Below the pieces are notes generated by a model. That model ran no database searches, was not told the DNA's origin, and saw nothing but the letters and a program-made list of their open reading frames with translations. Shown piece by piece: positions 8,524-18,780 of a stretch of DNA of 64,000 bases (its first letter is position 1; the number at the start of each line of letters is the position of its first letter). A program made the translations under genes and the position numbers. Origin of the DNA: an uncultured OCS116 cluster bacterium (lineage in GTDB: Bacteria > Pseudomonadota > Alphaproteobacteria > Rhizobiales > TMED25); NCBI GenBank assembly GCA_902613795.1, contig CACMIP010000001.1, positions 42,087 to 106,086 on the forward strand, written 5' to 3'.

Positions 8524-9966
8524 CTACCAAATTGAAGATATGTATTGAGCTTCCATAAATTCAAGCATTCCTTCATGACCGCCCTCTCTACCAAGACCAG
8601 ATTGTTTTGTGCCACCAAAGGGTGCTGCAGGATCAGACACGAGACCTCTATTTAGGCCAACCATTCCATAATCAAGTCGTTCGCACACTTGCATCCCTTT
8701 TTTCATATCCTCCGTAAAAACATAAGCGACAAGACCATATTCTGTATTATTTGCTCTATTAATTACATCCTCGGTGTCCTTAAAAGTTTGAATAGCGGCG
8801 ACTGGACCAAATATCTCATCATTTAAGCATTCAGAACTATCAGGCACATTAAATAGAACGGTAGGTGGATAATAAAATCCTGGTCCATCAATACTTTCAC
8901 CGCCAACTGAGAGCTCTGCACCCTTTTCGATTGCGTCTTTAACAAAATATGCAACTTTGTCCCGTGTTTCTGCATTTACCAAAGGACCAACATCAACAGT
9001 CTTATCTAGGCCATTACCAACTTTTAGCGAACCCATCCTCTGCGAAAATTTATCTTTAAATTCTTCAGCAATATTCTCATGAACATAAATTCTATTCGCT
9101 GCAGTGCAAGCCTCTCCTAAATTTCTCATTTTTGCAACCATACATCCATCTACAGCAGTTTCCATATCAGCATCATCAAATACAATCAAAGGAGCATTTC
9201 CCCCAAGTTCCATTGATGTCTTCAAAACCTGGTCAGAGGCAACTTTTAACAACTTTCTTCCAACCTCCGTTGACCCAGTAAATGATACCAGTCTCACTCT
9301 GTTGTCATGTAAAAGATGATCAACAAGTTTTGATGTATTGCGTGAAGGTAAAACAGAAATAAGTCCTTTTGGAACCCCAGCCTCCTCAAGTAATGGCATT
9401 AATTCGAGCATTGTTAGAGGGGTTTCTGATGCAGGTTTTATAATTACGGGGCAACCCGCAGCAATAGCAGGCGCTATTTTTCTAGTACCCATCGCCGCTG
9501 GATAGTTCCAAGGTGTTACCAAGACGGATATTCCAATTGGCTTATATTGAACAACAATCCTAGCTCCAGTTGCTGGTGCATGTGATATTTGCCCTATTCC
9601 TCTGACAGCTTCTTCAGAATACCACCTAAAAAATTCAGCTGAATAAAGTGCTTCACCTTTTGCATCCCCATATGCCTTTCCATTTTCAAGCGTGATCAGT
9701 TCAGCAAAATGTTCAATCTTGTCCATAAATAATTCATATGCTTTTCGTAAAATTACTGACTTATCTCTTGGTGAAACTCTTGCCCAACTCTCAAAAGCTA
9801 TTTCTGCCGCATTGATAGCTTTTTTAGCATCTTCAATACCTGCGGATGCAACTTTTGTAATAACTTCTTCAGATGCAGGATTGATTACGTCAAACGTAGC
9901 GCCACCCTCTCCATCTAACCATTTGCCATCAATGAATAATTTATTTTTATATTGCATAACTTTCAC
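8524..9966 (-). CDS. NAD(P)-dependent aldehyde dehydrogenase (succinate-semialdehyde dehydrogenase-like)
   Basis: 480 aa. ALDH motifs MELGGNAP (catalytic Glu) and GEACTAANR (catalytic Cys). Confidence 0.8.
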   Translation of the reverse strand: MKVMQYKNKLFIDGKWLDGEGGATFDVINPASEEVITKVASAGIEDAKKAINAAEIAFESWARVSPRDKSVILRKAYELFMDKIEHFAELITLENGKAYGDAKGEALYSAEFFRWYSEEAVRGIGQISHAPATGARIVVQYKPIGISVLVTPWNYPAAMGTRKIAPAIAAGCPVIIKPASETPLTMLELMPLLEEAGVPKGLISVLPSRNTSKLVDHLLHDNRVRLVSFTGSTEVGRKLLKVASDQVLKTSMELGGNAPLIVFDDADMETAVDGCMVAKMRNLGEACTAANRIYVHENIAEEFKDKFSQRMGSLKVGNGLDKTVDVGPLVNAETRDKVAYFVKDAIEKGAELSVGGESIDGPGFYYPPTVLFNVPDSSECLNDEIFGPVAAIQTFKDTEDVINRANNTEYGLVAYVFTEDMKKGMQVCERLDYGMVGLNRGLVSDPAAPFGGTKQSGLGREGGHEGMLEFMEAQYISSIW

Positions 9967-10074
9967 CTTGTATTAATAAATAAAGCATCTAAATAATATA
10001 TATTAATTGTTTTAAAATAGAAACTAAAGTTTAACAGTCAAAAAACAGTTATCACCCCTGGTAAAGCAGCAAAA

Positions 10075-10995
10075 ATGAGTCAAAACATAATCCAAATATC
10101 TCACCTTTCTAAAACCTATAAGGATGGAACAGTTGCTCTAGAAGACATAAATCTAAATATTACAGATGGTGAAATTATTGCCTTACTGGGTCCGAACGGT
10201 GCTGGTAAGACAACCCTAATTTCTGCCATTTGTGGTATTACAAATATATCATCAGGAAAGGTTACCGTCGGTGGGCATGATGTGATTGAAAATTATAAAA
10301 AAACTCGTGCCCTAATTGGCCTTGTACCACAAGAAATTGCATTACAACCATTTGAAAAAGTTATTGATGTTGTCAGATACTCTCGTAATTTATTTGGATG
10401 CGCAAATGATGATGCTCATATTGAAAAGATTCTCAGAAGACTTCTCCTTTGGGATAAAAAGGATAAGAGAATTGTTGAACTGTCGGGTGGCATGAAAAGA
10501 CGTGTAATCATTGCTAAGGCGCTGAGCCACGAACCAAAGATACTTTTCCTTGATGAGCCAACAGCTGGTGTTGACGTTGACTTGAGATTTGATATGTGGG
10601 AATTAATAAAGAAGTTAAGAGAAGATGGTACAACAATAATACTAACTACACACTATATAGAAGAAGCTGAGGAAATAGCAGATAGAATATCTATAATAGA
10701 TAAAGGGAAAATACAATTAACAGAAAAAAAGGCAGAACTAATGCAAAGATTAGGCAAAAAAGTCATTAATATTAAGCTTGATCAAGAAATAGATATTCAA
10801 CTATTCAGTGACGAATATAATCTTAGCCAAGGCCCCGATAAAGCTTCAATAATAATGCATTACAGTGATGCTAAAAAAGATGACTCTCTAGATAGATTGT
10901 TAGTAAAAATAAAAAAGGGAAAATATAAAATACTTAACATTGAGACAGACGAGAAATCACTTGAAGAAATTTTTCTTGACGTAGTAGGTAAGTAA
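10075..10995 (+). CDS. ABC transporter ATP-binding protein (ABC-2 type)
   Basis: Walker A GPNGAGKTT, signature LSGGMKRR, Walker B ILFLDEPT. Confidence 0.85.
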   Translation: MSQNIIQISHLSKTYKDGTVALEDINLNITDGEIIALLGPNGAGKTTLISAICGITNISSGKVTVGGHDVIENYKKTRALIGLVPQEIALQPFEKVIDVVRYSRNLFGCANDDAHIEKILRRLLLWDKKDKRIVELSGGMKRRVIIAKALSHEPKILFLDEPTAGVDVDLRFDMWELIKKLREDGTTIILTTHYIEEAEEIADRISIIDKGKIQLTEKKAELMQRLGKKVINIKLDQEIDIQLFSDEYNLSQGPDKASIIMHYSDAKKDDSLDRLLVKIKKGKYKILNIETDEKSLEEIFLDVVGK

Positions 10996-10996
10996 A

Positions 10997-11758
10997 ATGA
11001 ACTTCTACGCAATAAAAGCAATATATGTGTTTGAAATGTCCAGAACACTCCGGACACTCATTCAAAGTATTGCATCGCCGGTAATTTCAACAGTTTTGTA
11101 TTTCATCGTCTTTGGATCGGCAATTGGAAGCCGTATGGAAGACATTAGTGATGTGAGCTATGGGAGCTTTATCGTGCCCGGTCTAATATTGCTGACAGTA
11201 TGTCTGCAGAGTATATCGAATGCATCTTTCTCAATATATTTTCCGAAGTTTATTGGATCGATCAATGAACTTTTGTCTGCACCTGTCTCTTATCTTGAAT
11301 TAGTGATTGGTTTCATTTCTGCAGCTGTCACAAAATCAATGACGATCGGTTTAATAATTCTTATTACAGCATCTTTTCTTGTAGATATTGAAATTAGGCA
11401 TCCCATTTGGATGGTTTGTATTTTATTCCTATCTTGCGTTTCATTTAGCCTGATGGGCTTTATTGTAGGGATTTGGGCTCGAAGCTTTGAACAAATCACA
11501 ATTATACCCGACTTGATTATCACACCATTAGTATTTTTAGGCGGTAGCTTTTACTCAATTAGTCTTCTTCCTGATTTTTGGCAAAAAGTAACTCTATTTA
11601 ACCCAGTTGTTTACTTAATTTCTGGTTTCAGATGGGCTTTTTTTGGAAATGCTGATGTGTATATAGGGTACAGCATTCTTGCAATCTTAGTCTTTACTTT
11701 TACATGTATGCTAATAATCTGGAGAATATTTAAAACTGGTTATAGAATTAAAAGCTGA
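10997..11758 (+). CDS. ABC-2 type transporter permease
   Basis: Six-TM protein starting 1 nt after the ATPase stop. YadH-like size (253 aa). Confidence 0.8.
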   Translation: MNFYAIKAIYVFEMSRTLRTLIQSIASPVISTVLYFIVFGSAIGSRMEDISDVSYGSFIVPGLILLTVCLQSISNASFSIYFPKFIGSINELLSAPVSYLELVIGFISAAVTKSMTIGLIILITASFLVDIEIRHPIWMVCILFLSCVSFSLMGFIVGIWARSFEQITIIPDLIITPLVFLGGSFYSISLLPDFWQKVTLFNPVVYLISGFRWAFFGNADVYIGYSILAILVFTFTCMLIIWRIFKTGYRIKS

Positions 11759-11810
11759 ATTTTTGATTTTGTAATATTATATTAGAGGAATCAGATTAAG
11801 TCTTGGTGTG

Positions 11811-12533
11811 ATGCGAAAGTCTTACTCAAAAATATTAGCTCTGTCAACTTATGCATTTGCGTTAACTCTTCTCGTTTATTTATTTTTTATTACATTCACG
11901 ATAAATGAAATAAAATCATTAGAGTTTTTGGTAATTATCAGAGACTCATACGATGAACGTGCGCTAAATTTTTACCCACTAAAAGTGCTGTCTGTTTTCC
12001 TAATTTGTTTTTTTTGGGCTTTCTTCCTCGGATTTAACTCTCCAATTGCCATATTTGCAGGCATGATTTTAGGCACATATATGGGAACTATTATTTCTCT
12101 CATTGGATTAACCTTGGGCTCAGGTCTCTTGTATTTTTTTGCCCAGCTTTTTTTTAAAGAAGATATATCCAGTTTATTTAGCAAAAAATATCAAAGCATG
12201 AGATATCTTTTCCATCAGAATGAATTAATATTTTTTATTTTTTATAGGCTCTTTGTTGGTATCCCATTTGGATTATCAAACTTGTTAGCTATCCTATTCA
12301 ATGCACGAATTATAAATTTTTTATTAGGTACTGCAATTGGTATATTGCCATCAGTATTTATTTGGGCGTCAATTGGGAGAGGTTTTGATAAAATTTTAAT
12401 AGAAAGTGTGGGTATTCCAAAATTTATTGATATTTTAAAATCAGAGGAAGTCAGAATCCCATTAATTATATTCACAATTTTTATTTTATTTATATTTGTT
12501 TCAAAAAAATTTATAAATCGGCTTAAGGATTAA
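11811..12533 (+). CDS. DedA/TVP38-family (VTT domain) membrane protein
   Basis: Polytopic. FYRLFVGIPFGLSNLLA-type VTT core. The track starts at GTG 11808; ATG at 11811 is used here. Confidence 0.6.
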   Translation: MRKSYSKILALSTYAFALTLLVYLFFITFTINEIKSLEFLVIIRDSYDERALNFYPLKVLSVFLICFFWAFFLGFNSPIAIFAGMILGTYMGTIISLIGLTLGSGLLYFFAQLFFKEDISSLFSKKYQSMRYLFHQNELIFFIFYRLFVGIPFGLSNLLAILFNARIINFLLGTAIGILPSVFIWASIGRGFDKILIESVGIPKFIDILKSEEVRIPLIIFTIFILFIFVSKKFINRLKD

Positions 12534-12546
12534 CCTTTGGTGATTT

Positions 12547-13278
12547 TTAATTCTTTCTCTTTAGAAGCCTTTCCATATTTAAATTTTGTCTTTTTTGATA
12601 TGCATTGGGATTATAAATATCTTCAGACAACTCATATACATTTATTGAAGAGCTATTACCAGGAAAGTCAATGAATAAGCCATGCACAAGTCCACTCATC
12701 ACATAAGGTAATGAGTTAATTTTTCCCTCACTTTCGACTTTTCCTTGGTAAACTTTAAGCAGATTATCTGATGAAAAGATATCCACATTTAGATATCGAT
12801 GATATGTAATATCTTTTAACGCCTTGTAACCAATGAGAATTCTTTTTCGTGGGCTTTTTGTTTTAATTCTAAATGAAAAATTATCTCTCTTTTTTTCATA
12901 TATTACATTACCTCCCTTCCTTGTGTATTTATATACAGGATAATTAATATATTTGACCCTCTCATTTATTCCGTATTCAAACTCGAAAAAAAAATCTGCC
13001 TCATCCGGATCATTTACAATAATGTAATTTAACGCCTCCAACTCATTTATGAATAATTTTTTATATGTTCTGTATTCCAAGTCAGTATTCATTGAGTGCT
13101 TTTTATGAGATATAAAAAGTTTAATATTATTGATTTTTTTGAATTCAAGATCATGAAAAACCTCGACCACCATCTCTAGTTTGTATTCATTATTATAAAG
13201 AGTCGTGGTCGAGGCATCTTGGGGAGAAATACCAAGAAATATGAGAAGCACAACAAGATATTTTGCATAAGACTTCAT
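12547..13278 (-). CDS. Hypothetical secreted protein (Cys-free, very AT-rich gene)
   Basis: Signal peptide MKSYAKYLVVLLIFLGISPQDA. I recognise no motif. Confidence 0.45.
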   Translation of the reverse strand: MKSYAKYLVVLLIFLGISPQDASTTTLYNNEYKLEMVVEVFHDLEFKKINNIKLFISHKKHSMNTDLEYRTYKKLFINELEALNYIIVNDPDEADFFFEFEYGINERVKYINYPVYKYTRKGGNVIYEKKRDNFSFRIKTKSPRKRILIGYKALKDITYHRYLNVDIFSSDNLLKVYQGKVESEGKINSLPYVMSGLVHGLFIDFPGNSSSINVYELSEDIYNPNAYQKRQNLNMERLLKRKN

Positions 13279-13343
13279 ACCGATAAAAATTAAAACAGAA
13301 ATGTGTCTTATTTATGTCAAAGTGACTTCATTGAGATTTGTAT

Positions 13344-14066
13344 CTATATGCCAACATTATTATAAACGTCCCATCGTTTCTTTAAATATTGACAGGTATC
13401 GCAATATTTCTTTCCAGCTGGTATTTCGTCACTACTTAGCTGATTTTTCGCTTCAATAATTTTATCTTCGACCCAATCAGCATTGCATTCCAGCTCTACC
13501 AGATGAAGATCAAATTTTAAAATTTGGTTGAACATAGGCTCGTTTTTTTGTCCATTATAATATACAAGGTATGCGGTGTCAGAAACTTCGAAACCATTTT
13601 TTCTGAACAACCATTGGTACATTTCAAGTTGTCTCTGATAGCCTCTTGCATACTCATATTTTTTTGTCTCATTCCAATCAAATATTTTTTTTGAGGTTGA
13701 TTTGACATCCGAGACAATCAATTGTCCATTCGGTTTGACCCACACATCATCAATTGCACCATAAAAGTGGTAGCCATGAGCCTCTGATGTGTAGGAAAGA
13801 CCTTGTCTAAAATTTCTCCACTTATCAATATCATCATGCATGAATGGTATTGCATCAATATTGTATTCCAAAAATAATGGGTGTGGCTCACCTTTTTTTC
13901 GATAATGATCGAACTCATTTTTACACAACTCATCAACTGCTGAATTCAACGTGAACGGAATCTGTGACAAACTAACTCTGTATTTATATTGAAGCACAAA
14001 ACATCTTGGGCAGCCTAAATATTTTTCAACACCTGAACGACTTATCTTTTGCAAATTTGTATCCAA
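13344..14066 (-). CDS. PD-(D/E)XK (Cas4/RecB-like) nuclease-fold protein with 2+2 cysteines
   Basis: GAIDDVW ... LIVSDVKS ... QLEMYQWL matches the D...(D/E)xK...QxxxY core. N-terminal CPRC and C-terminal CDTC pairs. Confidence 0.55.
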   Translation of the reverse strand: MDTNLQKISRSGVEKYLGCPRCFVLQYKYRVSLSQIPFTLNSAVDELCKNEFDHYRKKGEPHPLFLEYNIDAIPFMHDDIDKWRNFRQGLSYTSEAHGYHFYGAIDDVWVKPNGQLIVSDVKSTSKKIFDWNETKKYEYARGYQRQLEMYQWLFRKNGFEVSDTAYLVYYNGQKNEPMFNQILKFDLHLVELECNADWVEDKIIEAKNQLSSDEIPAGKKYCDTCQYLKKRWDVYNNVGI

Positions 14067-14144
14067 CGCTATTTGAAAATAAACTAATCATAACATGATA
14101 AAAATTAATAATAAATAACTATGAAGATCAAATTGGATTAGAAG

Positions 14145-14222
<78 letters not shown>

Positions 14223-14226
14223 GTAA

Positions 14227-14302
14227 TGGTAGGCGGTGACAGGCTCGAACTGCCGACCCTCTCGGTGTAAACGAGATGCTCTCCCAACTGAGCTAACCGC
14301 CC
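14227..14302 (-). tRNA. tRNA-Val (anticodon TAC)
   Basis: Minus strand: GGGCGGTTAGCTCAGTTGGGAGAGCATCTCGTTTACACCGAGAGGGTCGGCAGTTCGAGCCTGTCACCGCCTACCA. Anticodon stem TCTCG/CGAGA with loop TTTACAC. Lies 4 nt upstream of tRNA-Asp. Confidence 0.9.
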
Positions 14303-14367
14303 ACTACAATAAACAATACATACAGTAAAACAAATAAAAAATCTAGAAATAATATACTAAGTTGAAT

Positions 14368-14398
14368 AAAAAAAACGTGCAGTTTTTAAGCTGCACGT
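14368..14398 (-). terminator. Rho-independent terminator downstream of hup
   Basis: Minus strand: ACGTGCAG-cttaaaaa-CTGCACGT followed by TTTTTTT. Lies 36 nt after the HU stop. Confidence 0.7.
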
Positions 14399-14433
14399 AA
14401 TTTGGTTTAAAAGAAAAACTGTATTAAATTATT

Positions 14434-14706
14434 CTAGTTTACTGCATCTTTAAGAGCTTTACCCGCCTTAAATTTTGGACTTTTTGATGCCTTAATTTGA
14501 ATAACTTCACCTGTACGTGGATTTCGGCCTGTTGTAGCTTTTCTATTTGCCACAGAAAATGTTCCAAAACCAACGAGTCTTACGTCGCCCCCACCACTTA
14601 GAGCGGATGAGATAGAGTCAAAGACAGAGTCAACTGCGCTCGCTGCTGCAGTTTTTGAAATACCAGCCGCATCAGCGACATTATTAATTAAATCATTCTT
14701 ATTCAT
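14434..14706 (-). CDS. hup: DNA-binding protein HU
   Basis: 90 aa. MNKNDLI...GFGTFSV..R.ARTGRNPRTGE..I arm motif. Confidence 0.9.
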   Translation of the reverse strand: MNKNDLINNVADAAGISKTAAASAVDSVFDSISSALSGGGDVRLVGFGTFSVANRKATTGRNPRTGEVIQIKASKSPKFKAGKALKDAVN

Positions 14707-14805
14707 AGTATTAGCCCTTTCAGAGTTTATATTTAATAATTTAACAGAAATAGTTAATTAATGGTTAATCCTAACAATTGATGCAGCGCTAATCAAAAAA
14801 AATAA

Positions 14806-14837
14806 GTGAAAAATAAGAAAAACAGCAGAAATCTGCT
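14806..14837 (-). terminator. Weak hairpin plus U-rich tract downstream of lon
   Basis: Minus strand: AGCAG-attt-CTGCT then GTTTTTCTTATTTTT. The stem is only 5 bp. Confidence 0.3.
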
Positions 14838-14924
14838 ACTTATACACCATTTTAGTAAAAAAAATAAAAATTTAGCGAAAAATTGTAAAAACTGAGCTTG
14901 GTGTAATTTGACTCACAGAATCAG

Positions 14925-17345
14925 TTAGTGCGCTATTGTTGGCCGATCTTTTTCCTTTGAACCGGCTATACTTTGATCGTGAGCCTCAATATCTTCTTTG
15001 CTCCATTCTATTGGTTTGAGCTGTGATGCAAGGGCGCTCTGAATAATTTCATCAATATTTGAAACAGGTACAATTTGCAAATCTTTTGTAATTTCATCTG
15101 AAATCTCAGATAGGTCTTTTTCATTCTCATTCGGAATAAACACTGTTTTTATACCACCCCTTGACGCTGCCAGTAACTTTTCCTTTAACCCTCCAATGGG
15201 CAATACGCGACCTCGAAGTGTTATTTCGCCTGTCATTGCTACATCTTTTTTTACAGGGACTTGTGTCATCAATGAAATCATTGCTGTTGCCATGGCCACG
15301 CCAGCGGATGGTCCATCTTTTGGGGTTGCGCCTTCAGGCACATGAACATGTATGTCTCGTTTATCAAATAGAGGAGGCTTTATTCCATATTTCGTCGCGT
15401 TCGACCTTACGTACGATGCTGCGGCAGAAATTGATTCTTTCATCACATCTTTTAGGTTTCCTGTTACAGTCATGGAGCCTTTTCCTGGCATCATTGCACC
15501 TTCAATTGTCAGTAATTCACCGCCATATTCAGTCCAAGCTAAACCTGTCACAATTCCAATTTGATTGTCGCGCTCTGCCTCTCCATACCTAAATTTGTAA
15601 ACACCTAAGTAGTCAGAAATATTATCTTTTGTTATTTTAATATTTTTTATGCCATCTGATAAAATGTTTTTAGTAGCTTTTCGTGAAATCTTTGATAGCT
15701 CTCGCTCTAGGCTCCTAACCCCTGATTCTTTTGTGTATCGCCTTATGGTCTCGAGGAGCGCTGTGTCATCGATGTTTATTTCTGACTCATCAAGTCCATG
15801 TTGTTTGAAAACTTTTGGCAAAAGGTGTTTTTTTGATATTTCTAGTTTTTCATTTTCTGTGTAGCCGGCAATTCTAATTATTTCCATTCTATCCATGAGT
15901 GCGGGTGGAATATTTAAGGTGTTAGCTGTTGTAATAAACATTACATCAGATAGATCGTAATCAACTTCTAAATAATGATCATTGAATTTATCATTTTGTT
16001 CTGGATCCAGCACTTCTAATAGAGCCGCCGAAGGATCACCTCTATAATCTGAGCCTAATTTATCAATTTCATCTAAAAGGAATAACGGATTTTTTGTCTT
16101 CACCTTTTTCATAGATTGTATAATTCGTCCAGGTAATGAACCAATGTATGTTCTTCTATGCCCTCTTATTTCAGCCTCATCTCTGACTCCACCTAAGCTC
16201 ACTCTTACAAAATCTCTGCCTGTTGCCTGAGCTATAGATTTACCCAAAGAAGTTTTACCAACACCAGGTGGGCCAACAAGGCATAAAATAGGCCCCTTTA
16301 ATTTCTTTGTTCTTTTCTGAACCGCTATATACTCAATTATTCTTTCTTTTACTTTTTCAAGGCCATAATGATCATTATCTAAAATATCTTCAGAAAATGT
16401 TATTGGTTTATTAAACCGTGATTTCTTTGCCCAAGGTATCGATACAATCCAATCTAAGTAATTTCTGACGACCGTAGCTTCCGCGGACATTGGGCTCATT
16501 TGTTTAAGCTTCTTGAATTCTGATTTTGCTTTTTCTCGCACATCTTTTGGCAGCTTTAAATTTTCGAGCTTATTTTCGAGCTCATTAATATCATCGCCCG
16601 CATCCTCAGAGTCTTTACCTAACTCTTTTTGGATTGCTTTCATTTGCTCATTCAAATAATACTCCCTTTGAGTTTTTTCCATCTGACGTTTGACGCGCCC
16701 TCTAATTCTCTTTTCAGTCTGCAGCACATCTATTTCACCCTCAAGAAAACTTAGTATCAATTCGAATCGTTCTTTCAGGTTATTAATTTCAAGTATTTGT
16801 TGTTTTTGTGATAGTTTTATTTGTAAATTTGATGCAATTGTATCTGCTATTTTTGAGTAATCATCAATCTCAGAAACGGTGTTAAATGTATCAGTAGATA
16901 TTTTTCGATTAATTTTAGTATAACTCTCAAATTGCATTAAGCAGGATCGCGCCAACGCCTCAATTTCTGGATCATCAAGAACGATCTCATTTACCAGATC
17001 AACTTCTACCTGATGAAATTTATCTCCCGGTACGAAGTTACGAATTTTTGCCCTACTCGTACCTTCAACCAGAACCTTGACAGTATTATCTGGTAGTTTT
17101 AATAATTGCATTATTGATGCGACAGTGCCATGGGTGTAAAGATTATCTTCGGTTGGATCTTCCGTTGTAGAGTCTTTCTGTGCAACCAGAAACAGCTCTC
17201 TATCATTATTCATGACCTCCTCGAGTGCTTGTATTGATTTTTCTCTGCCAACAAAAAGGGGGACAACCATATTCGGATAGACTACGATATCACGTAGCGG
17301 AAGGATGGGATATAAACCTTTATTAACTTTTATGACATCATCCAT
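14925..17345 (-). CDS. lon: ATP-dependent Lon protease
   Basis: 806 aa. Walker A GPPGVGKTS. Protease site PKDGPSAGVAM. Confidence 0.95.
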   Translation of the reverse strand: MDDVIKVNKGLYPILPLRDIVVYPNMVVPLFVGREKSIQALEEVMNNDRELFLVAQKDSTTEDPTEDNLYTHGTVASIMQLLKLPDNTVKVLVEGTSRAKIRNFVPGDKFHQVEVDLVNEIVLDDPEIEALARSCLMQFESYTKINRKISTDTFNTVSEIDDYSKIADTIASNLQIKLSQKQQILEINNLKERFELILSFLEGEIDVLQTEKRIRGRVKRQMEKTQREYYLNEQMKAIQKELGKDSEDAGDDINELENKLENLKLPKDVREKAKSEFKKLKQMSPMSAEATVVRNYLDWIVSIPWAKKSRFNKPITFSEDILDNDHYGLEKVKERIIEYIAVQKRTKKLKGPILCLVGPPGVGKTSLGKSIAQATGRDFVRVSLGGVRDEAEIRGHRRTYIGSLPGRIIQSMKKVKTKNPLFLLDEIDKLGSDYRGDPSAALLEVLDPEQNDKFNDHYLEVDYDLSDVMFITTANTLNIPPALMDRMEIIRIAGYTENEKLEISKKHLLPKVFKQHGLDESEINIDDTALLETIRRYTKESGVRSLERELSKISRKATKNILSDGIKNIKITKDNISDYLGVYKFRYGEAERDNQIGIVTGLAWTEYGGELLTIEGAMMPGKGSMTVTGNLKDVMKESISAAASYVRSNATKYGIKPPLFDKRDIHVHVPEGATPKDGPSAGVAMATAMISLMTQVPVKKDVAMTGEITLRGRVLPIGGLKEKLLAASRGGIKTVFIPNENEKDLSEISDEITKDLQIVPVSNIDEIIQSALASQLKPIEWSKEDIEAHDQSIAGSKEKDRPTIAH

Positions 17346-17378
17346 AATGCAAACTCACAATTTAATCATATAGTATTA

Positions 17379-17407
17379 ATTTGGAGCTTAACGTAACGAC
17401 TTTCAAG
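17379..17407 (-). promoter_or_regulatory. Candidate sigma-32 (heat-shock) type promoter upstream of lon
   Basis: Minus strand: CTTGAA-17 nt-CCAAATTA. The -35 is perfect and the -10 is only a partial match to CCCCATnT. Ends about 34 nt before the lon ATG. Confidence 0.3.
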
Positions 17408-17442
17408 TTTTTTTAATAGAAATAAACTATTATTAGCAGATA

Positions 17443-18711
17443 TCACGCAGAATTCCCTAAATCTTCTTTTTGATCTGAGTAGATATACAGAGGTCTAGAT
17501 TTACCCTCAATAACTTCGTTTGAAATTACAACTTCTTCAACAAGCTCCAGCTCAGGTAATTCGAACATTGTTTCAAGGAGTATAGACTCTAAAATTGAAC
17601 GAAGTCCACGCGCACCTGTTTTTCTTTCAATTGCTTTTTTTGATATGGTCCTTAGCGACTCATCTGAAAAAGTTAGCTTTACATTCTCAATTTCAAACAT
17701 TCTTTGATATTGTTTTATTAAGGAGTTTTTTGGCTCGGTGAGAATTTTGACTAGTGTCTCCTCATTCAAATCTTCGAGAGATGCAATAACTGGAACTCTT
17801 CCAACAAATTCAGGTATGAGCCCAAACTTGAGCAAATCTTCTGGCTCCAATACCCTAAATAACTCATCCAAATTCTTCTCTTCTACTTCATCGATGCTGG
17901 CACTGAAACCCATTGAGGTGTCGTTAGTTCTTTTTGCAATTATCTTTTCTAGCCCTGCAAAAGCTCCGCCACAAATAAAAAGTATATTTGTGGTATCTAC
18001 TTGTAAGAATTCTTGCTGGGGATGTTTTCTTCCTCCCTGAGGCGGAACACTTGCAATTGTGCCTTCCATGATTTTGAGTAAGGCTTGCTGCACACCCTCG
18101 CCGGACACGTCTCTTGTGATTGATGGATTATCAGATTTTCGGCTAATTTTATCAACTTCATCGATATAAACAATTCCACGTTGTGCTTTTTCAACATTGT
18201 AATCTGCAGCCTGTAATAGTTTAAGAATTATATTCTCAACATCCTCACCAACGTAGCCAGCCTCCGTAAGACTTGTTGCATCAGCCATTGTAAATGGAAC
18301 ATCCAATATTCTGGCCAGTGTTTGGGCCAGAAGCGTTTTACCACTCCCAGTTGGACCAACTATAAGTATATTTGATTTTGATAACTCAACATCGCTTGAC
18401 GCTTTAACTTCCGTACTTAATCTTTTGTAGTGGTTGTGTACAGCAACCGATAGTACTTTTTTTGCATGTTTTTGACCAATAACATACTCGTTTAATATGT
18501 TAAATATCTCGGATGGAGATGGGAGTTCTTTATCAGATTTTATGATTGATGATTTAGTTTCTTCTCTTATTATATCAGTGCATAAATCAACACATTCATC
18601 ACAAATGAATACTGTAGGACCTGCAATAAGCTTTCTTACTTCATGTTGACTCTTTCCGCAAAATGAACAATACAGTGTTGATTTTGTGTCATTATTTCCA
18701 ACTTTACTCAT
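17443..18711 (-). CDS. clpX: ATP-dependent Clp protease ATP-binding subunit ClpX
   Basis: N-terminal zinc finger CSFCGK...CDEC. Walker A GPTGSGKT. Confidence 0.95.
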   Translation of the reverse strand: MSKVGNNDTKSTLYCSFCGKSQHEVRKLIAGPTVFICDECVDLCTDIIREETKSSIIKSDKELPSPSEIFNILNEYVIGQKHAKKVLSVAVHNHYKRLSTEVKASSDVELSKSNILIVGPTGSGKTLLAQTLARILDVPFTMADATSLTEAGYVGEDVENIILKLLQAADYNVEKAQRGIVYIDEVDKISRKSDNPSITRDVSGEGVQQALLKIMEGTIASVPPQGGRKHPQQEFLQVDTTNILFICGGAFAGLEKIIAKRTNDTSMGFSASIDEVEEKNLDELFRVLEPEDLLKFGLIPEFVGRVPVIASLEDLNEETLVKILTEPKNSLIKQYQRMFEIENVKLTFSDESLRTISKKAIERKTGARGLRSILESILLETMFELPELELVEEVVISNEVIEGKSRPLYIYSDQKEDLGNSA

Positions 18712-18780
18712 GTATCACCATAAAATTAAATTAGCTTATTTTATCCCACATTTGTTAATAATAGATAAATTTGGGATCTG

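Noticed and set aside
11769-11775. Single TTGTAAT unit (ATTTTGTAATATT) upstream of the DedA-like gene
   Set aside because: Only one half-site is present, with no second repeat at 11-bp phasing. PhoB needs tandem repeats, so this is likely chance in AT-rich DNA.
15161-15592. 143-aa + strand ORF (the longest antisense ORF in the window), plus 15352..15564 and 15649..15864
   Set aside because: Antisense to the highly conserved lon protease domain. Its Leu/Ser/His-rich composition is typical of shadow frames, and it has no RBS or start context.
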